Source of the DNA: Octopus vulgaris | Taxonomy: Eukaryota | Length of the DNA stretch: 64,000 nt | Assembly: GCA_951406725.2 (NCBI GenBank) | Contig: OX597817.1 | Span: 39,556,001-39,620,000 of the forward strand | Direction: 5' to 3' | Shown here: positions 49,986 to 63,647 of the stretch, piece after piece | Numbering within the stretch: position 1 is the stretch's first letter | Layout of the letters: every line of letters begins with the position of its first letter | Position numbers and translations under genes: made by a program | Notes under the pieces: model-generated | The model's input: the letters and a program-made list of their open reading frames with translations, nothing else | Databases searched by the model: none | What the model was told of the DNA's origin: nothing

Positions 49986-50551
49986 TTGGGTTGTCTGGAA
50001 AGTTTGTGCCGATTTTTAAAGGAAAGAAAAAGGTTAATAAATACTTCCCATTACATTTTTAATCAACCAAATATGAACCATTTTGTTGCACAATGCATCT
50101 CCATCTTTCCTTTAACTTGAAAATGCCCTCTTCCTAGAATTGAGGTGGTTTCATGGCAAAGAATTCATCAAGGTACCTTTTTACAAGATCCAAGGAATTT
50201 AAATTTTTACCATTAAAACTATTCTGCAGAGACCTGAATAAGTGGAAATCTGAAGGAGCAATATCTGGTGAATATGGAGGATGGGGTAACACACCTTAGC
50301 CAAGCTTCAGCAAATTTTGTCTGGTTTCCAAAGCATCAAGTGCCAAAAATGAACTTTTTTATCTTCCATTTTAATGGGTTACAAAATTAACACAGGTTAT
50401 AGGAACATAAACCTTCTTCCACGAAAAGATAGCTTAAACTGTGCTCTAAATGGAGCTGTAGTCAAATCCTATTTCATGGACTCAACCATGTTCTAAAATG
50501 AGTCGAAAGGTAAGCTACTATAAATCGGCCCGAACTTTCCGGACAACCCAG
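49986..50551 (-). mobile_element. Non-autonomous mariner element, copy 2
   Basis: TA flanks, same TIRs and same internal deletion. Remnants MEDKKVHF and [22 protein letters not shown], with an in-frame stop. Confidence 0.92.
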
Positions 50552-51167
50552 TATGTTTTATACATTTACAAGAGGAGACAGCAATTTCATTTTGTTATAG
50601 CTAATTTTTGATGCTTTATTAATGTTTTCTCATAGCTACTTTATATTATATCATGCATATAAAAATATCTTTGTGTACCCCTGTCCGTCTCATTTTCGTC
50701 ATTGACAATACTTATCATCCTCATCATCATCACTATTTAACATCCCTTTTTCCATTCTGGTATGGGTTGGATGATTCAAAAGAAACTGATGAGCCAGAGG
50801 GCTGCTCTGAGCACCACTGTCTGCTTTGGCATGGTTTTTACAGCTGAAGGCCTTTCCTAATATTAACCACTTCACAGAGTGTACTAGGTGACTTTTTTCA
50901 TGGTACCAGCACTATAGAAGCCACCAAGTACTCAGAGGACAAAACCCTTCCACTGAGTGGGCTATAATATGGTATAGAAGGAGGTGAAAGTCTGGTAGAG
51001 GGGACAGGAACAAATATCTTGCTGAAGAGGTGAATACATGGTTTTCTCAGCTGGAAAAAGGGAGAGATAGTGAAGGCATATGTTTATGTAAGCAAAAATT
51101 GATGAAATTGTAATATAAAAGACTAGCTAAAAGTCATCAACTACTCAATGGCCCTAAAATTCATTAG

Positions 51168-51745
51168 AGCAGCTGTGGTAAGATGCTTGCTTCCCAACTA
51201 CATGGTTCCGGGTTCAGTCCCACTGCATGGCACTTTTGTTCAAGTGTCTTCTGCTATAGCCTTGGGCTGAGAAAAGCCTCGTGAGTGGATTTGGTAGACA
51301 GAAACTGAAAGAAGTCCATCATATATATATATATATATCTGTTTATTTTTGTATGTGTAACATAATAAATTTAGAGAAATATCTTGCATGAACTAGACAT
51401 ATCAATCAGTTTCTCTAAACAATAACTGTTCTCTGCAAAACAAAAGTAAACAACTCTATTTATTTTAGGGTATGCTCTTTCTGACTTATGATCTTATAGT
51501 GAAAATATATATATATGTATATATTTGTGTTTGTGTGTGTGTGTCTGAGTTTGTCCCCGCCACCATTGCTTTACAACCGATGTTGGTGTGTTTACATCCC
51601 CATAACTTAGCGATTCAGCAAAAGAGACCGATAAAATAAGTATTAGGCTTACAAAGAATAAGTCCTGGGGTCAATTTCTTCAACTAAAGGCAGTGCTCCA
51701 ACATGCCTGCAGTTGGATGATTGAAACAAGCAAAAGAATAAAAGA
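51168..51745 (+). mobile_element. SINE family A, split at its microsatellite
   Basis: 5' half 51168-51335 and 3' half ~51505-51745. Confidence 0.75.
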
Positions 51746-53676
51746 ATAAATTCTGATGTTCAGAGCAAACATCTCAATGGCCCACTTGTTACCAACAATG
51801 AGAATAACCTGAAAGTATTTTTATCCTTTTCCTTGTACTGACACTTAATCATATTCTTTGTTTTGTGAAATAAAATATCTTGTTTAATGACACAACATAC
51901 CACCCAGTTCAGGAATTGAACCCACATCCTTATAATCACAAGAACTGAGTGCTATAATCACAGCCCTGCTACTATGTAGTAGCAGCTAATCCTGCTTGTC
52001 TAATGCTTTTACTGATGATATCTTGGATTATTTGATCTTTTGATGAACTAGTGACATTAATGATGCAGTGTAATACTTTGTGGTTGTTTAATCCTAGGTC
52101 TGACAGACTTATGATCAAAAACATTTCAACTATGACCATTCCATCTTTGAAGAATATCTGGACCTACATTATCCAGCCAATATCTTCTTTACTTTTTTTA
52201 ACATGGCATAAAGCCACCTCCTCATCTCAAATATTTACTCTTCCCCGCTCATAGTCCATGGGGATTTTTCCTTTTCCCTGTTCTTTTCCTGTCTTGCAAG
52301 ATAATTGGTGACCTCTCTAGTGCTGGTGGCATTCAAAAAAAGAAAAAAAAACTCAGCACACACTGTAAAGTGGTTGGCATAAGGGAAAGCATTTAGCTGT
52401 AGAAACCAAGCCAAAGCTAACATTGGAACTTGACACAGCCTGCAGCTTGCTGGATCCTGTGAAGCCACTATCTCATTATAGCATAAATGATGATGATGTT
52501 AAGAAATGATTTGAGGGATATTTGACTGTTACTTTTAGCAGGTATCATCATTGGTTCACTAGCATTGTGTTGTATTTTTAGGTAAGCTACACCATTCTGT
52601 TTAATACGATGGACTTTAGCTATAAAAGAAATCAATATATTTTATTTCGGGGGTGGGGTGGGGTGTGGACATTGTTTTTCTAATATCTCATTAAGAAGTT
52701 ATTGTTGTTTAACTTCAGATCAGCCTTGATTGAGCAGACTTATGATTAAAGATGTCCTTGCAATGACCATCCCATTTTTTAATATAGCAGGGACTACATT
52801 GTCCAATATGCCCCTCCTATTTTTTTAATAAGCTAATAGGATGCAATCTAAGGGGGATTTAGTTTTTTTTCTAGCAAGTTGAATGTTTTATAAACAGGTT
52901 CCTTTTTTTCATTTCTTGAACAATAAAAAAAAATTTAGAAAATGGAGAATATTAATTTTGTAGATTTATATTCAGTTCATGTTTTGAAAATACATAAGAA
53001 AAGCAAAGCTAAACGTTTTTATGAGTCAGTGATTCTATTCTGTGAACAAAGTCTAAGACCTTTCTTGTTCAATAAACTCTCAAGAAGTGGAAGGTGGAAC
53101 TTCTGAATACAACAATGAACCACAGAACAAAGAAGAGAAATAAAAAAAAAGCATAAAGAAATAAACACATAATTCACTACTTAATTTTTTTAACCACTGG
53201 GCAACCTCTAGGAACCTGAACAATATTTGTTGATAATTGATTCTCTACTGTAAAAAAAATTGTTATTCATGTGTTGTATGTGGAATATAAGACCTTTGAC
53301 CTTTGATTCTTCTAAAATTAACTTAGTGAAATTGTTTGTGTGGCAAAAGTTGATCTTTTTTGTTTTGTTTGAAGAAAAAAAAATATTTGAAGAAATGTAT
53401 ATGCAGGCAGTATGTAGTGTCCTGTGATTATTGAAGACAACTGTTTAGAATAATGAGGAATAGGTATTATAGCCACAACTCTGCTACTGAATGGTAGCAA
53501 CTAAATGGATGCAGCAAGATTTTAATGTGGGATTATATCTGCATTATTTGTTATCATTGCTTCCAAACATTTGTCACTCAGATTATACCTACATATGCAT
53601 ATTACACTTTTACAAGAAGAGTGTTGATAGTGACTTTGAAATTTCAGTCTGTTAGACTATTACAAATCAACATAAA

Positions 53677-53729
<53 letters not shown>

Positions 53730-54299
53730 AATACACATATACAAGTACAAACATAGACATACACATAGAAATATACTCATCCTCATAAACACAGACATTC
53801 ACACAAATGATTATATACACACACAATTTGCTCTTAGCCATTGTCTAAAAACAAGTGAAACCTCCCCAGTCATAAGCATTGTGATATTGTATTTTTCTGG
53901 GTTGACTCGAACACTGATCTGAAAAACCAAACATCAATTTTTAATTAGTTCCACAGTCATTACATTTCTACCATTCACTTGCAACTGATAAAAAACATAT
54001 CATTACTTACCACTGTACTTGGTGACCACCAGGGTGAATTTTACATTTTGAAATACTTTTTCCTGTTGCCCAATACAGATAATGTGTTTTTTGTCGAGAC
54101 ACCTCACCTCTGCTGGTACCTATTTGGGTAACATTTCTTTTAAGTTACTTCTACCATTGCCTACGACGGATGGATCTTACAGCTTGAATTATCTTATATC
54201 ATTATCCACAACCCATAAGTTTTTCTGTTTAAATGACATCTACCATTAGCCAGTTCTAAATCGGTTGTACATTCTGAGACATTTCTACTGTTACCCACC

Positions 54300-54344
54300 A
54301 TGGATGATATGGAATACTGCTACTGCCACCCTCCACAGCCACAG
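54300..54344 (+). CDS. Candidate alternative first coding exon of a short nesprin isoform (MDDMEYCYCHPPQPQ)
   Basis: CCACCATGG Kozak context, in-frame TGA at 54234 upstream, CAG|gtaaaa phase-0 donor, repeat-poor surroundings. Confidence 0.45.
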
Positions 54345-54700
54345 GTAAAAAAAAAACAAACAAACAGAAAATTAGAAGTATTTCTTTTCCATTTCTGTTG
54401 CTTGAATCCATCTACTTTATCTCTCTCTCTTTTTATCTCTTTCTTGTCTCTCACTCTTCTTTCTCTCTTGCCTCTCTCTTTTTTTCATCTTAAGCTGGTA
54501 ATGTTATTGCAGTTATTCTTCTTAGATTGGTAAAACACCAAGCAAAATAGCTTGAAGTATTTCCTCAAGTCCTTTTATATTCTGGGTTAAATCGTACTGA
54601 GATCAACTTTGTTTTCCATTCTTTCACAGTTGATAAAATAAGACATCTTTAGATCCTGAGGTTCATTTGAATCAACTCAGTATTCCAAGCAGCAGCTTAA

Positions 54701-54917
54701 CACTTTAGCATTCAGATTGCTCTATTGGATGTAAAGCTTATTAACATTGTTTTGAATTAATCCTGTTTTATCTCACAGCTTTGAGATTTCACTGATGTGA
54801 TTGTTTATATTTTGAATGACATTGTAGGGTAGGTGTGAGAGGCTGGACCTAGTCAGTTTGAACGTAAAACGGGTAGAATATTTTGGGCTGGATATTCCCA
54901 TTTTAAATGCTAAAGGG
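54701..54917. mobile_element. TTAA-flanked piggyBac-like MITE, second family
   Basis: TTAA|CACTTTAGCATT...AATGCTAAAGGG|TTAA. Related fragment ~61085-61235. Confidence 0.7.
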
Positions 54918-56585
54918 TTAAATGAACGATAATGTTAATTATATTGCTAAACTACTTCCAAATTCCTGATTGTCTTCAAATTTAATTAAAAAGACAAACT
55001 CTGTGAATTTCTTTAGAAATATGATAACAAATATGTTAAGACATGAGATATGCTGGAGGGAGAGAGGAGAGATATTGTTGGAGAAGGAAATGTTATGAAA
55101 GGGTTTATGCAAGATATATACAGTTATCAACAGCAGGTGTAGTACAAGTTGTAGGAGAGAGTGGTTAGCTAAGTGCTGGTGAGTGAAGGCTTGCTCATAG
55201 ATTCTTTATTTAGATGTACTCTAGAGTGTGCATGTGTGCATAGGAGGTGCATTGTGATTGCATAGTTTCAAAATGTACCTTCAGCAACCTGTGCATTTAT
55301 CATCATTATCACCATCTTTGAATGTCCACCTTCCATGCTGGCATGGTTTGGACTGTTTGACTGAGGACTGGCGAGCCTGGAGGCTGTGCCAGGCTCCAAT
55401 CTGTTCTGGCAGGGTTTCTACAGCTGAATGCCCTTCCTAATGCTAACCACACTGAGAGTGAAGTGGTTTTTACGTATCATTGGTATGGGAACCAGTCAGG
55501 TGGCACTGGCATCAGCTATGCTCAAATGGTGCTTTTTATGTGTCACTGACACGAGAGGCAGTCAGGTGGCACTGACATCGGCCACTATAAAAAAGACCCT
55601 TTGACACTGACATAATTTGAAAAAGCAGCCTTCTGATCAGGCATTAGCTGCTGTACCATTGTGCCTGAGGCCATATTATATAATTCTATACACATTTATG
55701 TGCAGGCATGGCTGGGTGGTAAGAAGTTAGTTTCCTAAGCACATGATTTTTGGGTTCAGTCCCACTACATAGCATCTTGGGCAAGTGTCTTCTACTATAG
55801 TCCTGGACTGAAAGAAATTCATTGTATATATTATAGGATGTATATATATATATGTGTGTGGGTGGGTGGGCAAATGTTATCTTATTTGAAACAGATGAGG
55901 GTTGACAACAGGAAGGGCATCTGGCTGAAGAAAAACCTACCTTGACAAATTCTGTCTGACCTGTACAATCATGGAAAAGTGGACATGATGATGATTTAGG
56001 ATGCATTATCTCTTTTGTTGCTATACTCTTGTTGAACTACACTGCTTTTGTTTCAATTAATTTTTAAAATAATGAAGAATTTAGTAAATTTAGTAAAAAG
56101 ATGGTGTTTAGAACATAAATTAACATGAAATTTTGATGTAAAGTTTTGATTTAGATTAGCTTTAAAACAAGAAGATTGTATCATAGAACAACACTGTGAT
56201 CTGATGTTGCTTGGCATTAAAATAGTTATTTAAACTGATTTCAGTATTTGAGTGCTAATTTATTTTGTTGTTATAGGATGGAAAGAAAAGTTGATCTGAA
56301 TAGGATTTGATCTCAGAATGTAAAGGGTCATAGCTAAATAGCCCAGTATTTTGGTTTGACACTTCAACAATTCTGTTTATTTTATTTTGATTTTATTTAG
56401 GCCTCAAATAAAGATTTTTCAGGTTTGGCAAAAGCAACGAAGCTTTTGTGATACAGGATTAAGCTTTGTGTGTGGATGTTTACATAAACTTATTTATACA
56501 TTCAATGATTATATATTTACATACATTCATACATGCATGTATGCATGCATACACTCATTCATTCATACATGCATGCAGGCATACA

Positions 56586-56621
<36 letters not shown>

Positions 56622-57064
56622 TACATGCACACACATATTTATTTATACATACATACCTGTGTATGTGTAGGGTTGTTTGTGTCTGTGTGCTTCTATCTGT
56701 ATACATTACACACATGTGTAATGTGTACATACGTGTGTGTGTGTGTAAATGTGTTTGTGGTTGTGTTGTCTGTATATGTGCATTATGTGAATATTATTAT
56801 TGTTGTTTAACCCTAGGTCTGTCTTGGCAGGTTTGTGATCAAAAGTGACACAGCCACAATAATCACATATTACTTCTTTCATACTTAGCGTAATTCTGAA
56901 AGATTATCTGGTGTATTCTTCATCCTTTAAGAGGGTAGGCTATGATTTGAAGGAGACTTGGCTGCTATTTCTAGCAGGTCAAACAAACAGATAGATTCCT
57001 TTGTGAATATGAGTTGTGGCATGTTAACATGTGGGCACATATGTGATTGTACAAGCCAGTATGT

Positions 57065-57067
<3 letters not shown>

Positions 57068-57122
<55 letters not shown>

Positions 57123-57195
57123 TCACTCACCCACTCACTCACTCACTCACTCACTCACTCACTCACTCACTCACTCACGCACACACACTCACACA
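57068..57195. repeat. (CA)n followed by (CACT)n microsatellite
   Basis: Direct reading. Confidence 0.95.
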
Positions 57196-57196
57196 T

Positions 57197-57355
57197 GGCA
57201 AGCTTCTTTCAGTTTCTGTCTACCAAATCTACTCACAAAGTTTTGGACAGTCTGAGGCTATAGTAGAAGACACTTGCTCAAAGTGCCACGTAGTCGGACT
57301 GAACCTGAAACCATGTGGTTGGGAAGCAAGCTTCTTACCACACAGTCATGTACTT
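57197..57355 (-). mobile_element. SINE family A, 5' half
   Basis: Reverse-complement match. Similar partial copies near 1845, 12186, 18108, 24185, 46150, 49258 and 55700. Confidence 0.75.
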
Positions 57356-57949
57356 GTGCATTTGCATATATGTTTACGTCTGTGTTCTCTTCATCATTTG
57401 AATGGTAGTGTTGTCATCGCCACATCTGTAAATAACTAGTTCACTCCACTCACTTTGTATCTATGAAGCCAAGTGGAATAAGAGATCACTGCTGTGGAAA
57501 ACAAGTAAAGGTTAGCTTCAGGAAAAGCACCCAGCTGTAAAACATCACATCAATACCATATTCCTTTAATATGCTAGCATGAAAATCAAATGACTATATA
57601 TATATATATACATATATATACATACTCATACACATAGTTGAGAACCTAAATTAACATGGCGAAATAATTAAATATATAAAAAATCAATCTCAGAAGCAAT
57701 AATTGTCTTCCTTGATGTTAATACTCCTCTATAATCGTGGATATAAATGTTAATGGAATCCTGTTTGTTCAATTATATATGAAGTAGATTTTCAACTAGT
57801 TTAATTTAATAATGGTTGGAAATATTTGTTGGGAAATATGAATATATTTCCGTTGTTTTCTCTCTCTCTAAATCTGTATGTATGTATCTGTCTATTTCCC
57901 TCTCATTTTCCTTTTCTCTTTTTTCCCTTTATTCTCCCTCTATCTTTAG

Positions 57950-58357
57950 TATATATATGTACAAATTTAGTTATGTATATATGTACATTCTGGCTATGCA
58001 GTTGTATATATGTATGTTTGTATGCATATATATATATGTATTATATGTATGCATATATATATATATGTATGTATATACAAATGTATATAGATATGTGTGT
58101 ATGAATGTGTATATATGTGTATATATATATATATGTGCGTGTGAATGGATGTATGTGTGTGTGTGTGCATAGATATATATGTGTATGTATGTATGTATAT
58201 ATATTTATATATATAAATGTGTATAGATGTATGTGCATGTGAAAAAAAGTATATGTGTGTGCGTATAAATATATGTGTGTGTATAGATATATATGTGTAT
58301 AGATATGTGTGTGTATGTATAACATATATTTGCATACACGCATGTATATATATATAT
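57950..58357. repeat. TA/TG-rich degenerate microsatellite
   Basis: Direct reading. Confidence 0.9.
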
Positions 58358-59856
58358 TTGGCCAATTTTTACTAGTCCGCTGTTTGCTTCAGCTGTTACC
58401 TAAATAACATTTATTTATATTTTGTCCTTGTTATTTTGTTATATTTCATTTTTATTTTATTCACCTTTATTTGGTTATTCATTTTTGTATCAAATCGATA
58501 TTACGCCAAAACTCTCGCTACATAAAATTGTTTGTGAAAATTGTCACATGGATTTTCTCTGGTAATGGTAGGATTAAAAGAAGAAGAATATTAAAAAAAA
58601 ATGCAAGGTGGGGGAAAGAATGGGAATAAGAACATCAAATATAACTATGAGGGAGAAAGAGAGAGAGAGTGAGAGAGAGAGCAATACCATTTTTTGGATA
58701 AAGAAACATCAAACAAACCAAAAATACATTTAATTCCATTTTTGACTTTTTTTGACTTATGTTGTTTGTTGTTGTTGTGGCTATTGTTGTTGTAGTTATT
58801 GTGCTTGTTGTTGTTTTCTCAATAATTAGGTCTTATACTAGGGATTGTTGCGTTCCCTTTAGAAGGAAATTGCAATGAGCATCTTGGATCCCAGTGCATT
58901 TTGCGTATTTCATGTTAAATCTGTTGGCATTCATACTGAATCTATCATGTACTTTTCTGTATTCTAATCATTTCTTTCAAATTACATTTGTCTGTCTATA
59001 CATCTACCCCACATTGAACATATTATAAATACATATGTATGCATATATATGTGTGTATATGTATGTGTGTGTGTGTGTGCATATATATATGCATTTGTTA
59101 GTTTATATTAGCCAAATGAGAGATGAATGCTCAATACATGTTGGAGAGGATATTGAGTTTTTTTTTTATTGACTCACAACTCCAGTTTCATGCTTCTGTG
59201 ATTTTGCCTGAAGATCCCAGTAGCATGAAACTGAGACATGATACAAACACTCAGTTGTGGTTTCAAAAAAAACAAAACAATATATACACACAAACACTTT
59301 ATATACATTTTATACATACATCATCATCATCGTTTAACTTCCGCTTTCCATGCTAGCATGGGTTGGATGGTTTGACTGAGGACTGGCAGGCCAGGAGGCT
59401 GCACCAGGCTCCAATCTGATCTGGCAAGGTTTCTACAGATAGATGCCCTTCCTAATGCCAACCACTCCGAGAGTGTAGTGTGTGGCATTTACATGCTACC
59501 AGCACAGGGCCAGTCAGGCAGCACTGGCATCAACCAGGCTTGAATGGTGATTTTTACATGCCACTGGCATGGGATCTAGTCAAGTGGCACTAGCATTGAC
59601 CACACTCGAATGGTGCTTTTTACGTACCACTAGCATGAGAGCCAGTCAGGTGGTACTATATATATATACATATATATATAAAATAATAATAATATTAGGG
59701 AATATGATTCCAAACTTATAGGGAAAAATTCAATTTAGTAATACTAAATCAGAATTCTGTTTTACTTATGCTAGCATGGAACAGTGGGCATTAAATGATG
59801 CCATTTTAAATAATTATGATGACTATATTGATTGATTAATATTAGCTACATAATTA

Positions 59857-60409
59857 TCATCATCATCATCATCATCATCATCATTTAGCGTCCGTTTTCC
59901 ATGCTAGCATGGGTTGAACGGTTTAACTGGGGTCTGTGAAGCCGGAAGGCTTCATCAGGCCCAGTCAGATTTGGCAGTGTTTCTACGGCTGGATGCCCTT
60001 CCTAACGCCAACCACTCCGCGAGTGTAGTGGGTGTTTTTTACGTGCCACCTGCACAGGTGCCAGACAGAGCTGGCACAACGGCCACGAACGGATGGTGCT
60101 TTTACGTGTCACCGGCACGGGGCCAGGCGATGCTGGCAACGGACACGAACGGATGGTGCTTTTACGTGCCACCGACACGGGGCCAGACAGAGCTGGCAAA
60201 TGGCCACAAACGGACAGTGCTTTTACGTGTCACCGGCACAGGGGCCAGCCGAGGCTGGCAACGAACACGAACGGATGGTGCTTTTACGTGCCACCGACAT
60301 GGGGCCAGACAGAGCTGGCAAACGGCCACGAACGGACGGTGCTTTTACGTGTCACCGGCACGGGGGCCAGCCGAGGCTGGCAACAGACACGAACGGATGG
60401 TGCTTTTAC
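59857..60409 (-). mobile_element. Family C element with an expanded ~60-bp minisatellite
   Basis: (CAT)n tail, core, six complete GTGCTTTTACGTG... units at 60032-60409. Confidence 0.85.
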
Positions 60410-60799
60410 TATGTGTGTATTTCTCCATCACAACATATGAATGAGAAAGGAAGGGGTGATAGATGAATAAGGAAGGAAGGGGTGATGGCAAACTTGGTAG
60501 TAGGATGATGGAAGTTCTGCGGTGAAAAGAGAAAAATCATGCAGCATTTCAACTCTGTGTGAGTGTGTGTGTGTGTATGTAAAAGAGAGTCATGTGAATG
60601 TTTGTGTATGTGTGTGTGTGTGTTAGGATGGTGAATGTTCAATGCTGAAAAGAAAAATCAAATAACGTTTCGACTCTGTGTGAGTATATGTGTGTATGTG
60701 TGTGCATGTACAAGGGAAGTATGTGAATGTTTGTATGTGTGATTATTTTGTACCTTATTTATATATAAAATACTACAATTAGACATGATTTTTGATGGA

Positions 60800-61090
60800 A
60801 TGTAGCCTTGAAACTTTTCAACATTAAATTACATGCTATTCTTCTAAGCCCACTTGTATATTTCATCTGCCTCACATTTCAGGTGCTCAGTGTCTTCAGG
60901 GTTCTGTATCACCTGTGAGACTTTTGTATCATCTGCATAACTTGTGATCGTGGCTCTCTGTGTGGCTGAGGGCAAATCTGAGAAGGATATTATGAAATTA
61001 TGAACAGTAGTGGTCCCAAAACAGTGCCTTGCAGAACACTGCTCACTATTTGCATGTCATTGGAGGTGGCCCCATTGGCTACTTTGTTTT
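60800..61090 (-). pseudogene. LINE reverse transcriptase fragment (CR1/L2-like)
   Basis: Minus strand reads VLQGTVLGPLLFII, then (frame shifted) SDLPSATQRATITSYADDTKV...IYKWA*KNSM*FNVEKF, with stops. Confidence 0.85.
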
Positions 61091-61524
61091 GAATTAACCC
61101 TGCATGATCTCGTAGCTTCGAGATTTTAATGATGTGAATACTTGTTTTTAGAATGACATTGTAGAGTAGGTGCAAAAGGCCAAATCTAGCTGGTTTGAAC
61201 ATAATACAGGTACAATATTTGGGCCTGACAGGGTTGGATAATGTATAATTTATAAATTGATTGCATGATGCTTGTGTATGAAGTGTGATGCTGCACGGCA
61301 GCGATATATTGGCTTTGAATGCAGAGAATTTGTGAAGACTGGAAAGAAACCAAGTGAGCGTGATCTACTTGAAATGTAATGTTAGTTTTTACATAGTAAA
61401 TGGAGGACAAACGAGCTGAGAGGAAAACTGCATAAGAGGAATCATGTGTCGTGTGCAATAGAGATGACTGTATTGGCATTGAAGTGTGGTGTGAAAGGAA
61501 GATGATTACTCTTAATTCATTTAG

Positions 61525-61763
61525 TCTTTTACTTGTTTCAGTCTTTTGACTGAGGCCATGCTACAACACTGTCTTTAGTCAAGTAAATCAACCCCAGGAC
61601 TTATTCTTTGGAGGCCGAGTACTTATTCTATCGTTCTTTTTTGCTGTACTGCTAAGTTACGGGGACGTAAACACACCACCATCAGTTGTCAAGCAATGTT
61701 GGGGGGGACAGACACAGACACACAAGCATATACACACGCATACATACATATATATATATGTAC

Positions 61764-61817
<54 letters not shown>

Positions 61818-61977
61818 GAGCTTCTTTCAGTTTCTGTCAACCAAATCCACTCACAAGGCTTTGGTTCACCCGAGGCTATAGTGGAAGACACTTGCCCAAG
61901 GTGTCATGCTGTGGGAATGAACCCAGAACCATGTGGTTGGTAAGCAAGCTACTTACCACACAGTCACTGCTGCACCT
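61525..61977 (-). mobile_element. SINE family A
   Basis: Full-length reverse-complement match. Confidence 0.85.
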
Positions 61978-62614
61978 GATTGTTGAGTAAAAATTTAAAA
62001 AAAGAACATAGTGTCAAGCAATCTAAGTAGAAGGAATTTGTGGATGAAGGGAGAGAAAAGAAGAGAGAAAGATGTGGTGTAAAACGATCTCAGGTGGCTC
62101 AACATCAAGAAGTAGATCAACAAAGGACTTTAACAATTGACAAGATGTAATACTGGAGATTTCTTTTCTTTTTGTGCAAGCACTGAAAAAAAGAAAACCA
62201 TAAAATGATGCTGGGGGCAGTGGTGTCGGTGATGACGGTGTATAATACACAGTTTTATATTTTGTATGTATGCATTCCTTTTTATGAAGGTTGTACATAT
62301 CCACCTTCACACATATAATATATTTTTGTGTTTGTGCATGTATCTTGCATGCACATGTGAAAGCTTATATCATACATACTTCTGTATACATGCATATATT
62401 AATATAGAGATACTTTATATTAGTCTATTATTCCATCCAGAGCTTTGTGTGTGTACCTATATCTTATATAAATGTGGTTGTGAACATAAATCATATATAC
62501 ACACTTTTCTGTGCATGTGTATATTTATATAGATATACTTTATATATGTCTATCATTCTGTCAAGAGAGCTTATGTATATGATGTGCACGTTTGTGAATG
62601 TGTATGCTTATGAT

Positions 62615-62713
62615 GATATATATGTGTGTGTATATATAAATATATATATATATATAGATACACACACACACACATATATACATACATATATATATGTATA
62701 TATACATATATAT

Positions 62714-62766
<53 letters not shown>

Positions 62767-62882
62767 CATACATACATACATACATGCATGCATGCATACA
62801 TACATACATGCATGCATGCATGCATGCATGCATGCATACATACATACATACACACACACAAACATATATATATATATATATA
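62615..62882. repeat. (TA)n/(TACA)n/(CATG)n compound microsatellite
   Basis: Direct reading. Confidence 0.95.
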
Positions 62883-63387
62883 TTTATTTTTATGCATCTG
62901 TATGTGTATTAACATAGATTTAGTTTATAGGTGTATTAGTCTCTCAACAGCTTGTGTATATATGATGGATTATAATGAAAGTATGTCACAGAGAGTTTGC
63001 ATCTGTTTGTCTTCTACATCATTTGGCTGCTGGCTCTCTGAAACTACAAAACTGTTACTTTGATTTGTAAAAAAATATATTTTTTCAAATCTCCTATGAT
63101 TTCCTGTTTGAAAGAAATTAGAGAAAAATATTATACTGGAATAGATTTATTAATTTCTTTCCTTAAAAAAGAAATATATTTTTGTCAAGATGGCTACACA
63201 ATATTTAGCACTGCATTCTCATATCTGCCTTTATGATGAAGATTGTGATCTGTATGTGTGTTATGTGTATATTTGTAGCACTACATTTTCATGACATTTG
63301 TAAGTGTATATGGATGTATGTGTGTGTATGTAGAAATATATTTATATGTATACATACATATGTACATATATACATACATACATATAT

Positions 63388-63451
<64 letters not shown>

Positions 63452-63548
63452 ATCCAAACATGAAAACACAAAGAGGAAACGCAACAACGTGAGGATGTGG
63501 AACAAATATAGTATCATTGGACGCTCAGGAAGGAAGGGAAGAAGGAGG

Positions 63549-63583
63549 GTTTAACATTACGAACGGAGCTCTTCGTCAGAAAC
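63549..63583 (-). ncRNA. Degenerate minimal hammerhead motif in a repeat inserted in (TA)n (~63448-63651)
   Basis: Reverse complement GTTT-CTGACGAA-GAGC-TCC-GTTC-GTAAT-GTT-AAAC. Confidence 0.5.
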
Positions 63584-63647
63584 ATAGGAAAAGGAAAGAT
63601 CCAGAGAAGGGAAGACGGAGGGGAAAAAATTTCCAATGGTACACACG

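Noticed and set aside
60032-60409. CRISPR-like array of ~60-bp units with hairpins
   Set aside because: The spacers are not unique (they alternate A/B), there are no cas genes, the DNA is eukaryotic and the array lies inside a retroelement.
62094-62150. Possible next nesprin exon VAQHQEVDQQRTLTIDK
   Set aside because: There is no pyrimidine tract and there is an in-frame stop. Another frame reads NDLRWLNIKK, resembling a decayed RTE ORF2 C-terminus.
19733-63583. Selection against sense-strand ribozymes (all three sense motifs have a mutated CUGAnGA box)
   Set aside because: The three antisense motifs are also broken, in GAAA, and six sites are too few to infer a strand bias.
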